Assembly: GCA_964653725.1 (NCBI GenBank)
Contig: CAZZHK010000004.1
Location: forward strand, 95,832 to 159,831
Origin: an uncultured Planctomycetales bacterium
GTDB taxonomy: Bacteria; Planctomycetota; UBA1135; CAZZHK01
Reading direction: 5' to 3'
Length of the DNA: 64,000 nt
The notes under the pieces are model-generated. The model was not told the DNA's origin and ran no database searches. It was given only the letters and a program-made list of their open reading frames with translations. Numbering within the stretch: position 1 is the first letter of the stretch; every line of letters begins with the position of its first letter. Made by a program: the position numbers and the translations under genes. This document shows, in pieces, positions 12,593-22,233 of this stretch.

Positions 12593-13765
12593 CTAGCGAA
12601 AGGCGGACTGGCCGGTGGCGGCTGCGCCCAGGGCCAGGGTGTGGATGTCGTGGGTACCCTCGTATGTCTTCACCGTCTCGAGGTTCATCAGGTGGCGCCC
12701 GACCTGGTATTCCAGGCTGATGCCGTTGGCGCCGAGCATGTCGCGGCAGGTCCGCGCGATCTCGAGCGCCTTCTCCACGTTGTTGCGTTTCGCCATCGAC
12801 ACCATGTCGGGCGTCATGGCACCCTCGTCCTTCAGCCGGCCGAGCCGCAGTGCGATCAGCTGGCCCAGCGTGATGTCGGTCAGCATCTGGGCGATCTTGG
12901 TCTGCGGGATCTGGAACGAGGACAGGGGCCGCTCGAACACGATGCGCTCGCCGGCGTAGGACAGGGCCTCGTCGTAGCAGGCCATGGCGGCACCCAGCAC
13001 CCCCCAGGCGATGCCGTAGCGGGCCTGCGTCAGGCACGACAGCGGAGCGCGAAGCCCCTCGGCGCCGGGCAGACGGGCGCTGTCCGGCACGCGCACCCCG
13101 TCCAGCACGAGCTCGCTGGTCACCGACGAGCGCAGGCTCCATTTGTGCTTCTGCTCGGGGGCGTCTAAGCCGGGCAGCGTCGTGTCCACCACGAAGCCAC
13201 GGATCCCGTCGTCGGTCCGCGCCCAGACGATCCCCACATCGGCCACCGAGCCGTTCGTGATCCACATCTTGCGGCCCGTGATCAGCCAGTCGTCGCCGTC
13301 GCGCGCCGCGCGCGTCTTCATGGCGCCGGGGTCCGAGCCGGCGTCGGGCTCGGTGAGGCCGAAGCAGCCGATGGCCTCACCGGTCGCCAGCCGCGGCAGC
13401 CACTCGTCCTTCTGCTCGTCCGACCCGAATGCATGGATCGGCCACATGACCAGGCTGCCCTGGACGCTGGCGAACGACCGGAGCCCCGAGTCGCCGCGCT
13501 CAAGCTCCTGGCAGATCAGCCCGTAGGCGACGGCGCTCACCCCGGCGCAGCCGTAGCGCTCCGGCAGGGTGGGCCCGTAGAGGCCCAGCTCGCCCATCGG
13601 TGCGATCAGCTCCTCGGGGAATGACCCCTCCTCGTAGCGGGCACCGGCGCCGGGGATCACCCGGTCGGTCACGAAGGCCCGGACCTGGGAACGGATCTCG
13701 ACTTCCTCCGGGGTCAGCAGGGCGTCCAGACCCAAGAAATCCGGCGCTGAGAAGGGCGTGGGCAT
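12593..13765 (-). CDS. gcdH: Acyl-CoA dehydrogenase, glutaryl-CoA dehydrogenase type
   Basis: YGLICQELERGDSGLRSFASVQGSLVMWPI, FGLTEPDAGSDP, KMWITNG, LGANGI..EY...RH..NLETVKTYEGTHDIH. Confidence 0.88.
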   Translation of the reverse strand: MPTPFSAPDFLGLDALLTPEEVEIRSQVRAFVTDRVIPGAGARYEEGSFPEELIAPMGELGLYGPTLPERYGCAGVSAVAYGLICQELERGDSGLRSFASVQGSLVMWPIHAFGSDEQKDEWLPRLATGEAIGCFGLTEPDAGSDPGAMKTRAARDGDDWLITGRKMWITNGSVADVGIVWARTDDGIRGFVVDTTLPGLDAPEQKHKWSLRSSVTSELVLDGVRVPDSARLPGAEGLRAPLSCLTQARYGIAWGVLGAAMACYDEALSYAGERIVFERPLSSFQIPQTKIAQMLTDITLGQLIALRLGRLKDEGAMTPDMVSMAKRNNVEKALEIARTCRDMLGANGISLEYQVGRHLMNLETVKTYEGTHDIHTLALGAAATGQSAFR

Positions 13766-13801
13766 GGGGGAGGGATCCTAGCGCCACTACACTCGCCCGC
13801 C
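13766..13801. promoter_or_regulatory. Bidirectional leaderless-type promoter (back-to-back -10 boxes)
   Basis: 36-bp gap: TAGGAT (minus strand, 13775-13780) 9 nt before the gcdH ATG, and TACACT (13788-13793) 8 nt before the metG ATG; no Shine-Dalgarno on either side. Confidence 0.6.
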
Positions 13802-15517
13802 ATGTCCGCTAGGACCCTCGTCACCTCGGCGCTTCCCTACGCCAACGGCCCGATCCACCTCGGCCACCTGATCGGCGCCTACCTGCCCGCCGACGTCTAC
13901 GTCCGCCACCTTCGGATGCGCGGCGACGACGAGGTCCTGTTCGTCTGCGGCACGGACGAGCACGGGGTCGCCATCACTCTCGGCGCCGAGAAGGACGGCG
14001 GCGGCACCGACTTCCAGGCCTATGTGGACCGCTGGCACGACGACATCGACACCACCTTCCAGCGGTTCGGGATCGATTTCGACGTGTTCTCGGGCACCAG
14101 CGCCGAACGCAACCCGCTCCACGCACCGCTGGCCCGCGCCTTCTATCTGAGACTGCGCGAGAACGGGTTCCTGGTCCGCAAGGCCGAGGACCAGTGGTTC
14201 TGCAGCGGCTGCCAGAGGTTCCTGGCCGACCGCTACGTGTCGGGCACTTGCCCCTCGTGCGGCGCCGACGGCTGCCGCGGCGACGAATGCCCCACCTGCG
14301 GCACCTGGGTGGACGTCGCCGAGATCACGCAGGCGGTGTGCGGCGTCTGCCAGGCCTCGCCGGACTTGCGCCCGGCCGAGCACGACTATCTGGACCTGCC
14401 CGCCCTGGCCGAGGACCGGATCGCCGTATGGCTCGCCGAGCGCGGCGAGCACGGCTGGAAGCCCAACGTGGTCAAGTTCGTGGAGGGGATGCTGGGCGAC
14501 TTGCGCCCGCGGCCGATCACGCGTGACCTGCCCTGGGGCGTGCCGGTGCCGACCGCCGACGGGCAGGGCGACGAGGCGGAGAACCGCGTTCTCTACGTCT
14601 GGTTCGACGCCCCCATCGGCTACGTCTCTGCCACCCAGGAGCTGCTGGCGGACCGCGGCGAGCCAGCCGACGCCTGGGAGAAGTGGTGGAAGGACGAGGA
14701 CACCCGCCTGGTCCACTTCATCGGCAAGGACAACATCGCCTTCCACGCGCTGGTCTTCCCCTCGATGCTTCACGGCCAGGGCGAGGGGTGGGTGCTGCCC
14801 TCGGAGATCCCGGCGATGGAGTTCTACAACCTCGAGGGCGGCAAGTTCTCGACCTCGGAGAACCGCACCATCGACCTGGCCGACTTCCTGGAGCGCCACC
14901 CGGTCGACACGCTGCGTTGGACGCTGCTGGCGACCGCGCCCGAGACCGCCGACTCGGAGTTCACCTTTGCAGAGTTCCAGCGGCGCGTGAACGATGAGTT
15001 GAACGACGTGATCGGCAATCTCGCCAGCCGGGTCACCAAGTTCGTCGCCAAGAGGTTCGACGGCGCGTGGCCCGATGGCCCGGAGGACCTGCCGCCCGAG
15101 GCGGCCGACCTCCTGGACGCCGACCCGGTGGGAGGCGCGATCCGCGGCTTCCGGTTCCGCCGCTCCACCGAGGCCCTGCTGGAGGTCGCCCGGGCCGGCA
15201 ACCGCTTCTTCGACGCCGCCGAGCCGTGGAAGGTCGTCAAGCAGGACCCGGCCGCCGCCGGCCAAGTGATGCTGTCATGCGGCGCCCTGCTGCGAACGAT
15301 CGCGCACCATATGGCGCCGATGCTCCCCGGGTCGGCCGATCGCCTGCTGGCCATGCTGGGCTGCGAGGGCGCACTCGGCCCCTGGGAACCCGCCGCCCAC
15401 GCCCCTCTCCACCCCCTCGCCGGCCGTGCGCTGGGAGACCTCGGCGCCAACCTCTTCACCAAGATCGACGACGACGCCATCGCCCTCGAGCAGCAGCGCC
15501 TGGCCGGCGCGGACTAG
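13802..15517 (+). CDS. metG: Methionine--tRNA ligase (short form without C-terminal tRNA-binding appendix)
   Basis: TSALPYANGPIHLGH, GTDEHG, Zn-knuckle CxxC pairs, YVWFDAPIGY, FIGKDNI, KFSTS. Confidence 0.96.
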   Translation: MSARTLVTSALPYANGPIHLGHLIGAYLPADVYVRHLRMRGDDEVLFVCGTDEHGVAITLGAEKDGGGTDFQAYVDRWHDDIDTTFQRFGIDFDVFSGTSAERNPLHAPLARAFYLRLRENGFLVRKAEDQWFCSGCQRFLADRYVSGTCPSCGADGCRGDECPTCGTWVDVAEITQAVCGVCQASPDLRPAEHDYLDLPALAEDRIAVWLAERGEHGWKPNVVKFVEGMLGDLRPRPITRDLPWGVPVPTADGQGDEAENRVLYVWFDAPIGYVSATQELLADRGEPADAWEKWWKDEDTRLVHFIGKDNIAFHALVFPSMLHGQGEGWVLPSEIPAMEFYNLEGGKFSTSENRTIDLADFLERHPVDTLRWTLLATAPETADSEFTFAEFQRRVNDELNDVIGNLASRVTKFVAKRFDGAWPDGPEDLPPEAADLLDADPVGGAIRGFRFRRSTEALLEVARAGNRFFDAAEPWKVVKQDPAAAGQVMLSCGALLRTIAHHMAPMLPGSADRLLAMLGCEGALGPWEPAAHAPLHPLAGRALGDLGANLFTKIDDDAIALEQQRLAGAD

Positions 15518-15789
15518 GCGCCGACGCACTCGCGCAGGTGCTTGCCGGGCCGGAACCGGATCGACTTTCCGGCCGGGATCGTGATGGCCTCACCCGTCTG
15601 CGGGTTGCGGCCGCGCCGCTCGGCCCGCTGGCGCACCTGGAAGGTCCCGAAGCCCACCACCGCCACGCCTTCGTCGCTGGACAGTCCGTGTCCGATCGCC
15701 GCAAGGACGGAGTCCACGATCGTTTCCGCCGAGAGCTTCGATGTCATGAGATCCTCGGCCACGTGTCCCACCAGGTCCGCCTTGTTCAA
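15514..15789 (-). CDS. hup: HU family DNA-binding protein
   Basis: MNKADLV, GFGTF.V..R..R.GRNPQTGE.I.IPA...RFRPGK.L; TTG start. Confidence 0.95.
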   Translation of the reverse strand: MNKADLVGHVAEDLMTSKLSAETIVDSVLAAIGHGLSSDEGVAVVGFGTFQVRQRAERRGRNPQTGEAITIPAGKSIRFRPGKHLRECVGA

Positions 15790-15902
15790 GAGAATGTGCC
15801 CCTCCCAGGGCCGGTGTTGGTTCCATTTCGCCGGTGTGTACCCGTATGTTCGCGTATCGGAGGGCCAATTCCAATGCCCAGTCTCGACCCAGGAATCCCA
15901 GC

Positions 15903-16778
15903 GTGAAACAGGTCACCATCAAGGTCCCCCACCCCCAGGACTCCGGTGACACGCTAGATCTGGCCGTGTGGGAGGGTGGGTCCGGACCCGTCATCCTGGC
16001 CGTGCACGGCATGTGTGACTCGAAATCGACTTGGAGGTCCATTTTTGAGCCCCTGGTATCACTGGGATACCGCGTGGCCGCCATTGACATGCCTGGCATT
16101 GGCGACAGCGACATCCCCGACGACCCTTCCTTCTACCGGGGGAAGAACCAGACGGCCGTCCTGCTGTCGCTCATGAATATCCTCTCCGAGGAGCCCATCG
16201 TCCTCATGGGGTCCTCGTTGGGGACGATCTACTGCGCCGCCGCGGCCCAGGCACATCCGGAACGGGTCGCCGCCCTGATCCTGATTGGTCCCCCCGGACG
16301 GTCGACAAGGGTGCCGCCGTTCTCGCTGGTAGCCTCCTGGGTCCGGCGCCTTGGTCCCGGTATGGACCGATTTGTTCCCTGGGAACGCCTTGTGCGCATG
16401 ACTTACCGGATCGTCTTCCACGACACACGGAGGGTTCCTCCAGAGGCCATTGCGGAGAGCAAGCGCCTGATCGGCAGCCTCAAGCGTCGGGCCGCCATGA
16501 CCTCCATCGCCAACGAGATCCGGCTCAACTCGACCGGCAAGCACAGCTTCTTCGATGACGTGTGGCGCGCTCTGTCGCTGACCGAGGTCCCCACCCTAGT
16601 GCTCACCGGCGACCACGACCGCGTCTGCAGCGCGGAGGGAGGGCGCGCCGTGGCGCACCAGATGCCCGACGCCGTCTTCAAGATCATCGAGTCGTGCGGC
16701 CATCTGCCCCATCTGGAGCAGCCGCAAGCGACGATGGCGCGGCTGGAGACATTCCTTGCCGGGATCCGGCGCGCCTAG
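15903..16778 (+). CDS. Alpha/beta hydrolase
   Basis: VHG, DMPGIGDS, GSSLG nucleophile elbow, GDHD, GHLPHLEQP. Confidence 0.88.
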   Translation: MKQVTIKVPHPQDSGDTLDLAVWEGGSGPVILAVHGMCDSKSTWRSIFEPLVSLGYRVAAIDMPGIGDSDIPDDPSFYRGKNQTAVLLSLMNILSEEPIVLMGSSLGTIYCAAAAQAHPERVAALILIGPPGRSTRVPPFSLVASWVRRLGPGMDRFVPWERLVRMTYRIVFHDTRRVPPEAIAESKRLIGSLKRRAAMTSIANEIRLNSTGKHSFFDDVWRALSLTEVPTLVLTGDHDRVCSAEGGRAVAHQMPDAVFKIIESCGHLPHLEQPQATMARLETFLAGIRRA

Positions 16779-17086
16779 AACGCGGCGGAGTCGACCGTTT
16801 CGGTCTCGATCGGTGCGGCTTCGACCGCGGTCGGTTCAGGCTGCGGCTTGAGCGTCTGACCGGGCCGCTGGATCGGGCCTTTGGACAGGCAGCGCGTGCA
16901 AATCTTCATCCGCCGCGTGTGGCCGTTCACGACCACCCGCAGCTTCTGGATGTTCGGCTTGAAGGTGCGCTTGTTGCGGCCGGTGGTATTGAGACCGACG
17001 CCGCCCTTGGCCTTCGGGATGCCACGTCGGGCGATCTTCATTCCGGTGCGGGTGTGCTTGCCGCAGATTTCACAGACTCGTGCCAT
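16775..17086 (-). CDS. rpmB: 50S ribosomal protein L28 (Zn-ribbon form, acidic C-terminal tail)
   Basis: MARVCEICGK..RRG..K.KGGVG..TG..KRTFKPNIQK..ICTRCL. Confidence 0.95.
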   Translation of the reverse strand: MARVCEICGKHTRTGMKIARRGIPKAKGGVGLNTTGRNKRTFKPNIQKLRVVVNGHTRRMKICTRCLSKGPIQRPGQTLKPQPEPTAVEAAPIETETVDSAAF

Positions 17087-17191
17087 GGCGATTGCGGCGA
17101 AGAGTCTAGTGGGCGCCGTGCCGCCCGGCAAGCGGCAGGGGGGCGTGTTGTCGGCCCCCCACAGGGGGGCTAATGTCTGCGACCCCCAGCC

Positions 17192-18316
17192 ATGGACCGT
17201 ACGACCCCGCTCAGCCACATGCACGAAACGGCCGGCGCCCGCATGGTGCCGTTCGCGGGCTGGAGCATGCCCATCCAGTACCGCTCCATCCTCGAGGAGG
17301 CTCTAGTCGTCCGGAGCGCCGTCGGGCTGTTCGACCTGACCCATATGGGCCGGTTCCGGTTCGAGGGCGAGGACGCGGCCGCGCTGCTGGACCGGGTGAC
17401 CACCCACCAGGCCAGCGCCATGGCGCCGGGCCGGGTCCGCTACGGGCTGCTCTGCCAGGAGGACGGCGGGGTGCGCGACGACGTCCTGGTCTACCGCGAG
17501 GCGGACGGGGAGACGTGGTGGCTGGTGGTGAACGCCTCCAACGCGGACGCCGACGCGGCGTGGATCCGCGAGCAGGCAGGGGCCTCCGGCTTCGACGCAT
17601 CGCTGGTGGACGAGACCGGCGCCCTGGCCATGATCGCGCTGCAGGGGCCCCGATCGACCGAAACCCTGGCGCCCCACACCGACTGCGCCCTGGACGCGCT
17701 CGGCTACTACATGTGCGACCGAGCCGATGCGTTCGGCCTGGAGAACATGTTCGTGAGCCGCACCGGCTACACCGGCGAGGACGGCTTCGAGATTTTCGTT
17801 CCGTGGGCGGATGCGCCGCGCGTGTGGGAGGCGCTGATCGAGTCCGGCCGGCCCCACGGGCTGGAGCCCATCGGCCTGGGCGCCAGGGACACGCTGCGGC
17901 TCGAGGCAGGCATGCCCCTCTACGGCCACGAACTGGGCACCGACATCAACCCCATCGAGGCGGGCCAGGGCTGGGCGCTGCGCTGGGCCGACGGCCACGA
18001 CTTCATCGGGAGGGCCGCCCTGGAGGGCGTGCGCGCGACCGGCCCCGAAAAGTCGCTGTGGGGCTTCACCTCCGAGACCAGGCGGGTGCCCCGCCAGGGC
18101 ACGCCGGTCGAGGAGGGCGGCCAGGTCGTGGGCGAGGTCGCTTCCGGCAGCCCCTCGCCCACCCTGGGCCTGTCCATCGGGACCTGCTTCCTCCAGAATG
18201 GCTCGCTGCCGTCGGGTGCCGCCGCCGCCCCCGGCCACGACATCGAACTCGACATCCGCGGCGAGAAAACACCCGCGACCCTGTGTACGCTCCCGTTCTA
18301 CAAGCGAGAGAAGTGA
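17192..18316 (+). CDS. gcvT: Glycine cleavage system aminomethyltransferase T
   Basis: MVPFAGWSMPIQY, FDLTHMG, VVNASN, ALQGP, SRTGYTGEDGFE, GLGARDTLRLEAG. Confidence 0.96.
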   Translation: MDRTTPLSHMHETAGARMVPFAGWSMPIQYRSILEEALVVRSAVGLFDLTHMGRFRFEGEDAAALLDRVTTHQASAMAPGRVRYGLLCQEDGGVRDDVLVYREADGETWWLVVNASNADADAAWIREQAGASGFDASLVDETGALAMIALQGPRSTETLAPHTDCALDALGYYMCDRADAFGLENMFVSRTGYTGEDGFEIFVPWADAPRVWEALIESGRPHGLEPIGLGARDTLRLEAGMPLYGHELGTDINPIEAGQGWALRWADGHDFIGRAALEGVRATGPEKSLWGFTSETRRVPRQGTPVEEGGQVVGEVASGSPSPTLGLSIGTCFLQNGSLPSGAAAAPGHDIELDIRGEKTPATLCTLPFYKREK

Positions 18317-18322
18317 TCCCCC

Positions 18323-18712
18323 ATGTCTGACAGACCGAACGACCGCCAATACACGCACACCCACGAGTGGGTCCGCATCGATGACGACGGCACCGCCGAA
18401 GTGGGCCTGACCGACTACGCGGTCGAGCAGCTGGGCGACCTGGTCTTCCTCGACCTGCCCGCCGAAGGCGCTGCGGTCGAGGCGGGCTCCGCCTGCGGCG
18501 AGGTGGAGAGTGTGAAGGCGGTCAGCGACCTGTACAGCCCGGTCTCTGGCACGGTGACCGCCTTCAACCAGGATGTGCTTGACGACCCCGGGGCGATCGG
18601 GGCCGACCCCTTCGCAAGCGGGTGGCTGTTCCGGGTCGAGGGCGCGACCGCCGTCGACGGGCTGGTCGATGCCGAGGGCTACGCTTCGGTGGTGGCCGAG
18701 GAAGCCCACTAG
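18323..18712 (+). CDS. gcvH: Glycine cleavage system H protein
   Basis: THEWV, GLTDYA..LGDLVF, VESVKAVSD lipoyl-lysine motif. Confidence 0.96.
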   Translation: MSDRPNDRQYTHTHEWVRIDDDGTAEVGLTDYAVEQLGDLVFLDLPAEGAAVEAGSACGEVESVKAVSDLYSPVSGTVTAFNQDVLDDPGAIGADPFASGWLFRVEGATAVDGLVDAEGYASVVAEEAH

Positions 18713-18736
18713 GACCGCCCCCTCCACTTCCCTCCC

Positions 18737-20089
18737 GTGCCCTACGTCCCGCACACACCCGAGGACGTCCGCGAGATGCTCGAGGTCGTGGGCGCTGAGT
18801 CGCTCGACGCCCTGTTCGAGGACATTCCCGAGGGCCTGCGGCTGGACGCCCTCGATCTGGATTCGGGGCTGTCCGAGGAGGACACCCTGCGGGTCATGGG
18901 CGATCTGGCTGCCGCCAATCATGCGGGCGGCGCGGATTTCCTGGGCGGCGGGATCGAGCATCACCTGATCCCGCGCGTGGTCGATGAGGTCCAGGGCCGC
19001 AGCGAGTTCTGGACCGCCTACACGCCCTACCAGCCCGAGGCCAGCCAGGGGACGCTGGCGGCCTTTTTCGAGTTCCAGACCATGATCGCGCGGCTGTGCG
19101 GGATGGACGTGGCCCAGTCCTCGCTCTACGACGGCGCCGGGGCCGTGGTCGAGGCGGTGGTGTTCGCGGTGAAGGTCACCGACCGCTCCACCGTGTGGCT
19201 CGGCGGCGGCCTGTCGCCCGAGACGCGCCGTGTGGTGGCCACGGTGACAGCCCACATGGACCTCACCGTGCGGACATGGCCGCTCGGTCCCGACGGCCGC
19301 AGTCTGGCCCCTGGCACCGACGGCGCTCCAACGTTGGACGACTCGGCCGCCTGCCTGGTGGTCGCCAGCCCCAACGACCTGGGCGTGATCGAGGACCTGG
19401 CGCCGTTCGCCGAGGCCGCGCACGCCGCCGGCGCCATGGCGGTGGCGGTCGCCCACCCGCTGACCCTGGGCGTCCTGGCGCCGCCCGGCGACTGCGGCTT
19501 CGACGTCGCCGTGGGCGACGGACAGACCCTCGGCGTGCCGCCCCAGTTCGGCGGCCCCGGCTTCGGGTTCTTCGCGTGCCGCGAGGACCAGGTCCGGTCC
19601 ATGCCGGGCCGCATCGTGGGCGAGACGATCGACGGCGAAGGCAGGCGCGGCTTCGTCCTGACGTTCCAGACCCGCGAACAGCACATCCGGCGCGAGAAGG
19701 CCACCAGCAACATCTGCACCAACAACGCCCTGATGGCGCTGCGCGGTGCGGTGCACATGGCCGCTCTGGGGCCGGAGGGCCTGGCCGAGACCGGCCGCCG
19801 CATGTACACGATGGGCCACGAGACCGCCGACCGGGTCTTTGCCCTGGACGGCTACGGACCGGCCTGCAGCGCCCCGTTCTTCCACGAGTTCCTGGTCCGC
19901 TGCCCGGGCGGAGCGGACGGGGCGCAGGCCGTACACGACGCCCTGACCTCTGCGGGGGTCCGGGTGGGCGCGCCGCTGGCCGACCGGGGCGCGGGCTTTG
20001 CCGATTGCCTGCGGATCTGCGCCACCGAGGCCACGCGCGTGGCCGACATCGACACGCTCGTCGCCGGGCTCGAGGAGGCCCAAGCGTGA
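18737..20089 (+). CDS. gcvPA: Glycine dehydrogenase (decarboxylating) subunit 1
   Basis: TAYTPYQPEASQGTL..FEFQT, GGPGFGF, TREQHIRREKATSNICTN. Confidence 0.96.
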   Translation: MPYVPHTPEDVREMLEVVGAESLDALFEDIPEGLRLDALDLDSGLSEEDTLRVMGDLAAANHAGGADFLGGGIEHHLIPRVVDEVQGRSEFWTAYTPYQPEASQGTLAAFFEFQTMIARLCGMDVAQSSLYDGAGAVVEAVVFAVKVTDRSTVWLGGGLSPETRRVVATVTAHMDLTVRTWPLGPDGRSLAPGTDGAPTLDDSAACLVVASPNDLGVIEDLAPFAEAAHAAGAMAVAVAHPLTLGVLAPPGDCGFDVAVGDGQTLGVPPQFGGPGFGFFACREDQVRSMPGRIVGETIDGEGRRGFVLTFQTREQHIRREKATSNICTNNALMALRGAVHMAALGPEGLAETGRRMYTMGHETADRVFALDGYGPACSAPFFHEFLVRCPGGADGAQAVHDALTSAGVRVGAPLADRGAGFADCLRICATEATRVADIDTLVAGLEEAQA

Positions 20090-21543
20090 GCGCGCGGCTC
20101 CTGTTCGACGTGTCGCGGCCGGGCCGCCGCGCCTGGCACCTCCCCGCACCGGAGGTCGCGGACCGTGATCCGGCCGCGGATCTGGACGCCGATCTGCTGC
20201 GCAAGACGCCGCCGGGATTGCCGGAGGTGTCCGAGCTGGACCTGGTGCGCCACTACACGCGGCTCAGCCGCCTGAACATCGCCATCACGACGTCCTTCTA
20301 TCCGCTCGGCTCGTGCACGATGAAATACAACCCGGTCATCAACGAGCAGGTGGCATCCCTGCCCGGTTTCGCCGACCTGCACCCGGGCGCCGACGCGTCC
20401 GACGCCCAGGGCACGCTGGAAGTCTGGTGGCGGCTCGAGCGGATCCTGGCCGAGGTCTCGGGCCTGCCCGCGATCAGCCTGCAGCCCTCCGCCGGCGCCC
20501 AGGGCGAGTTCACCGCGCTCCTGGTGGCCCAGGCCCACTTCGAAGCGCAGGGCGAAGAGCGCCACATCGTGCTGATCCCCGACACCGCCCACGGCACCAA
20601 CCCCGCCAGCGTGGCGATGGCGGGCCTCACCCCGCGCGTCGTGGCGTCCGGAGACGACGGGCTGGTGGACCTGGCCGCCCTGGCGGCCGCCCTGGACGAG
20701 GTGGGAGACGACGTGGCAGCCATGATGATCACCAACCCCAACACCCTGGGGCTGTTCGAGACCGACATCACCGCCATCGCGGACCGGCTGCATGCGTGCG
20801 GCGCATTGCTCTACATCGACGGCGCCAACCTGAACGCCATCCTGGGGCGCACGCGGCCCGGCGACTGGGGTGCCGACATGATGCACTTCAACCTGCACAA
20901 GACCTTCTCGACGCCGCACGGCGGCGGCGGGCCCGGTTCGGGGCCGATCGGCGTCACCGAGGAGCTCGCTGTCTTCCTGCCGGTGCCGCGGGTCGTGCGG
21001 GGCGAGGACGGGCGATTTTCCGTCACGTCCGACGCGCCGGAATCGATCGGCCGCGTGCGTTCGAATTTCGGCAACTTCGGCATGTGGGTGCGCGCGCTGA
21101 CCTACGCCCTGCGCCACGGCGCCGAGGGCCTGCGGCGAATCGCCGACCACGCAGTGCTGAACGCCAACTACCTGCGGGCGCGCCTCTCGGACGCCTATTA
21201 CGTCCCCCACAACCGCACCTGCATGCACGAGTTCGTGGCCACCTCGCGCCACCAGCGCGAGCACGGCGTCAAGGCCGGCGACATCGCCAAGTGCCTGATC
21301 GACCACGGCATCCACCCGCCCACGATTTCCTTCCCGATTCCCGAGGCGCTCATGATCGAGCCCACCGAGACCGAGTCGAAGGAGACCCTGGACGAGTTCG
21401 TGGAGGCCATGGAGGCCATTGCGGCGCTGGCCGCCTCGGACCCGGACGCCTGCCGCGCGGCCCCGACGACCACGCCGGTGGGCCGGCTTGACGAAGTGCG
21501 CGCCGTTCGCAGCCCGTGCCTCTGCGCGCCGATAAGCGAGTGA
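20086..21543 (+). CDS. gcvPB: Glycine dehydrogenase (decarboxylating) subunit 2
   Basis: YPLGSCTMKYNP, AHGTNPAS, TNPNTLG, HFNLHKTFSTPHGGGGPG, MIEPTETE. Confidence 0.96.
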   Translation: MSARLLFDVSRPGRRAWHLPAPEVADRDPAADLDADLLRKTPPGLPEVSELDLVRHYTRLSRLNIAITTSFYPLGSCTMKYNPVINEQVASLPGFADLHPGADASDAQGTLEVWWRLERILAEVSGLPAISLQPSAGAQGEFTALLVAQAHFEAQGEERHIVLIPDTAHGTNPASVAMAGLTPRVVASGDDGLVDLAALAAALDEVGDDVAAMMITNPNTLGLFETDITAIADRLHACGALLYIDGANLNAILGRTRPGDWGADMMHFNLHKTFSTPHGGGGPGSGPIGVTEELAVFLPVPRVVRGEDGRFSVTSDAPESIGRVRSNFGNFGMWVRALTYALRHGAEGLRRIADHAVLNANYLRARLSDAYYVPHNRTCMHEFVATSRHQREHGVKAGDIAKCLIDHGIHPPTISFPIPEALMIEPTETESKETLDEFVEAMEAIAALAASDPDACRAAPTTTPVGRLDEVRAVRSPCLCAPISE

Positions 21544-22223
21544 CCACCCGCCCGGTCCGCCTGCTGGACACCGGCCCCGGTGCGCCGGCCTGGAACATGG
21601 CCCTCGACGAGGCGCTGCTGGCGGGGGACGACACGACCATGCGCTTCTACTCCTGGGACCCGGTCGGGATCAGCCTGGGCCGGTGGCAGGACATCGCGGC
21701 CTTCACTCATCGGCCCGAGCCGGTCGTGCGACGCCTGACCGGCGGCGGAGCCATCCTTCACTCGGACGCCCTGACGATTTCGCTGACTGTTCCCATGTCG
21801 GACCCTCTCTACACCGGCTCCGTCGCGGCCTCCTACGCGCGCGTCCACGGCTGGATCACGGCCGCCCTGGGCGCGGCGGGCCTGGCGGTCACCCCGGTCG
21901 GCGCGGCAGGCGACGAGACCGACCCGTGGTGCTTCGAGCGCCGCTCGGCCGCCGACCTGGTGGCCGCAGACGGGTCCAAGATCGTCGGCTCCGCCCAGCG
22001 CCGGCGCGGCGGCCGTGTGCTGCACCACGCATCGATCCAGGTGGAGGGCGTGGACGGGGGCGACCTGGCGGCTCATCTGGCGGACCACCTGGGGATCCTG
22101 GATCTCGAACCGCGTCCCGGGGCGCCCACGAGAGCCGAGACAGCCGAAGCCGACCGCCTCGCGTTGGGTCGATACGGCCCCGACACCACCTGGACGCGTG
22201 AAACGAATCGCCCCGCCCCGTAG
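21540..22223 (+). CDS. Lipoate-protein ligase / octanoyltransferase family (BPL_LplA_LipB)
   Basis: NMALDEALL, RFYSW, VRRLTGGGAILH, KIVGSAQRR; directly after the gcv genes. Confidence 0.88.
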   Translation: MTTRPVRLLDTGPGAPAWNMALDEALLAGDDTTMRFYSWDPVGISLGRWQDIAAFTHRPEPVVRRLTGGGAILHSDALTISLTVPMSDPLYTGSVAASYARVHGWITAALGAAGLAVTPVGAAGDETDPWCFERRSAADLVAADGSKIVGSAQRRRGGRVLHHASIQVEGVDGGDLAAHLADHLGILDLEPRPGAPTRAETAEADRLALGRYGPDTTWTRETNRPAP

Positions 22224-22233
22224 ATTGGGGGCA

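Noticed and set aside
17087-17191. Glycine riboswitch upstream of gcvT
   Set aside because: Only 105 bp shared with the rpmB promoter; small GC hairpins are present but no GGAGA..CCGAAG..CTCTCAGG aptamer core.
17303-20149. 948-aa minus-strand ORF and many other long overlapping ORFs (e.g. 13787-15265, 26020-26922 extension, 44937-46703, 56431-58029)
   Set aside because: They are antisense or shifted-frame shadows of well-supported genes, expected in high-GC DNA, and have no recognisable motifs.
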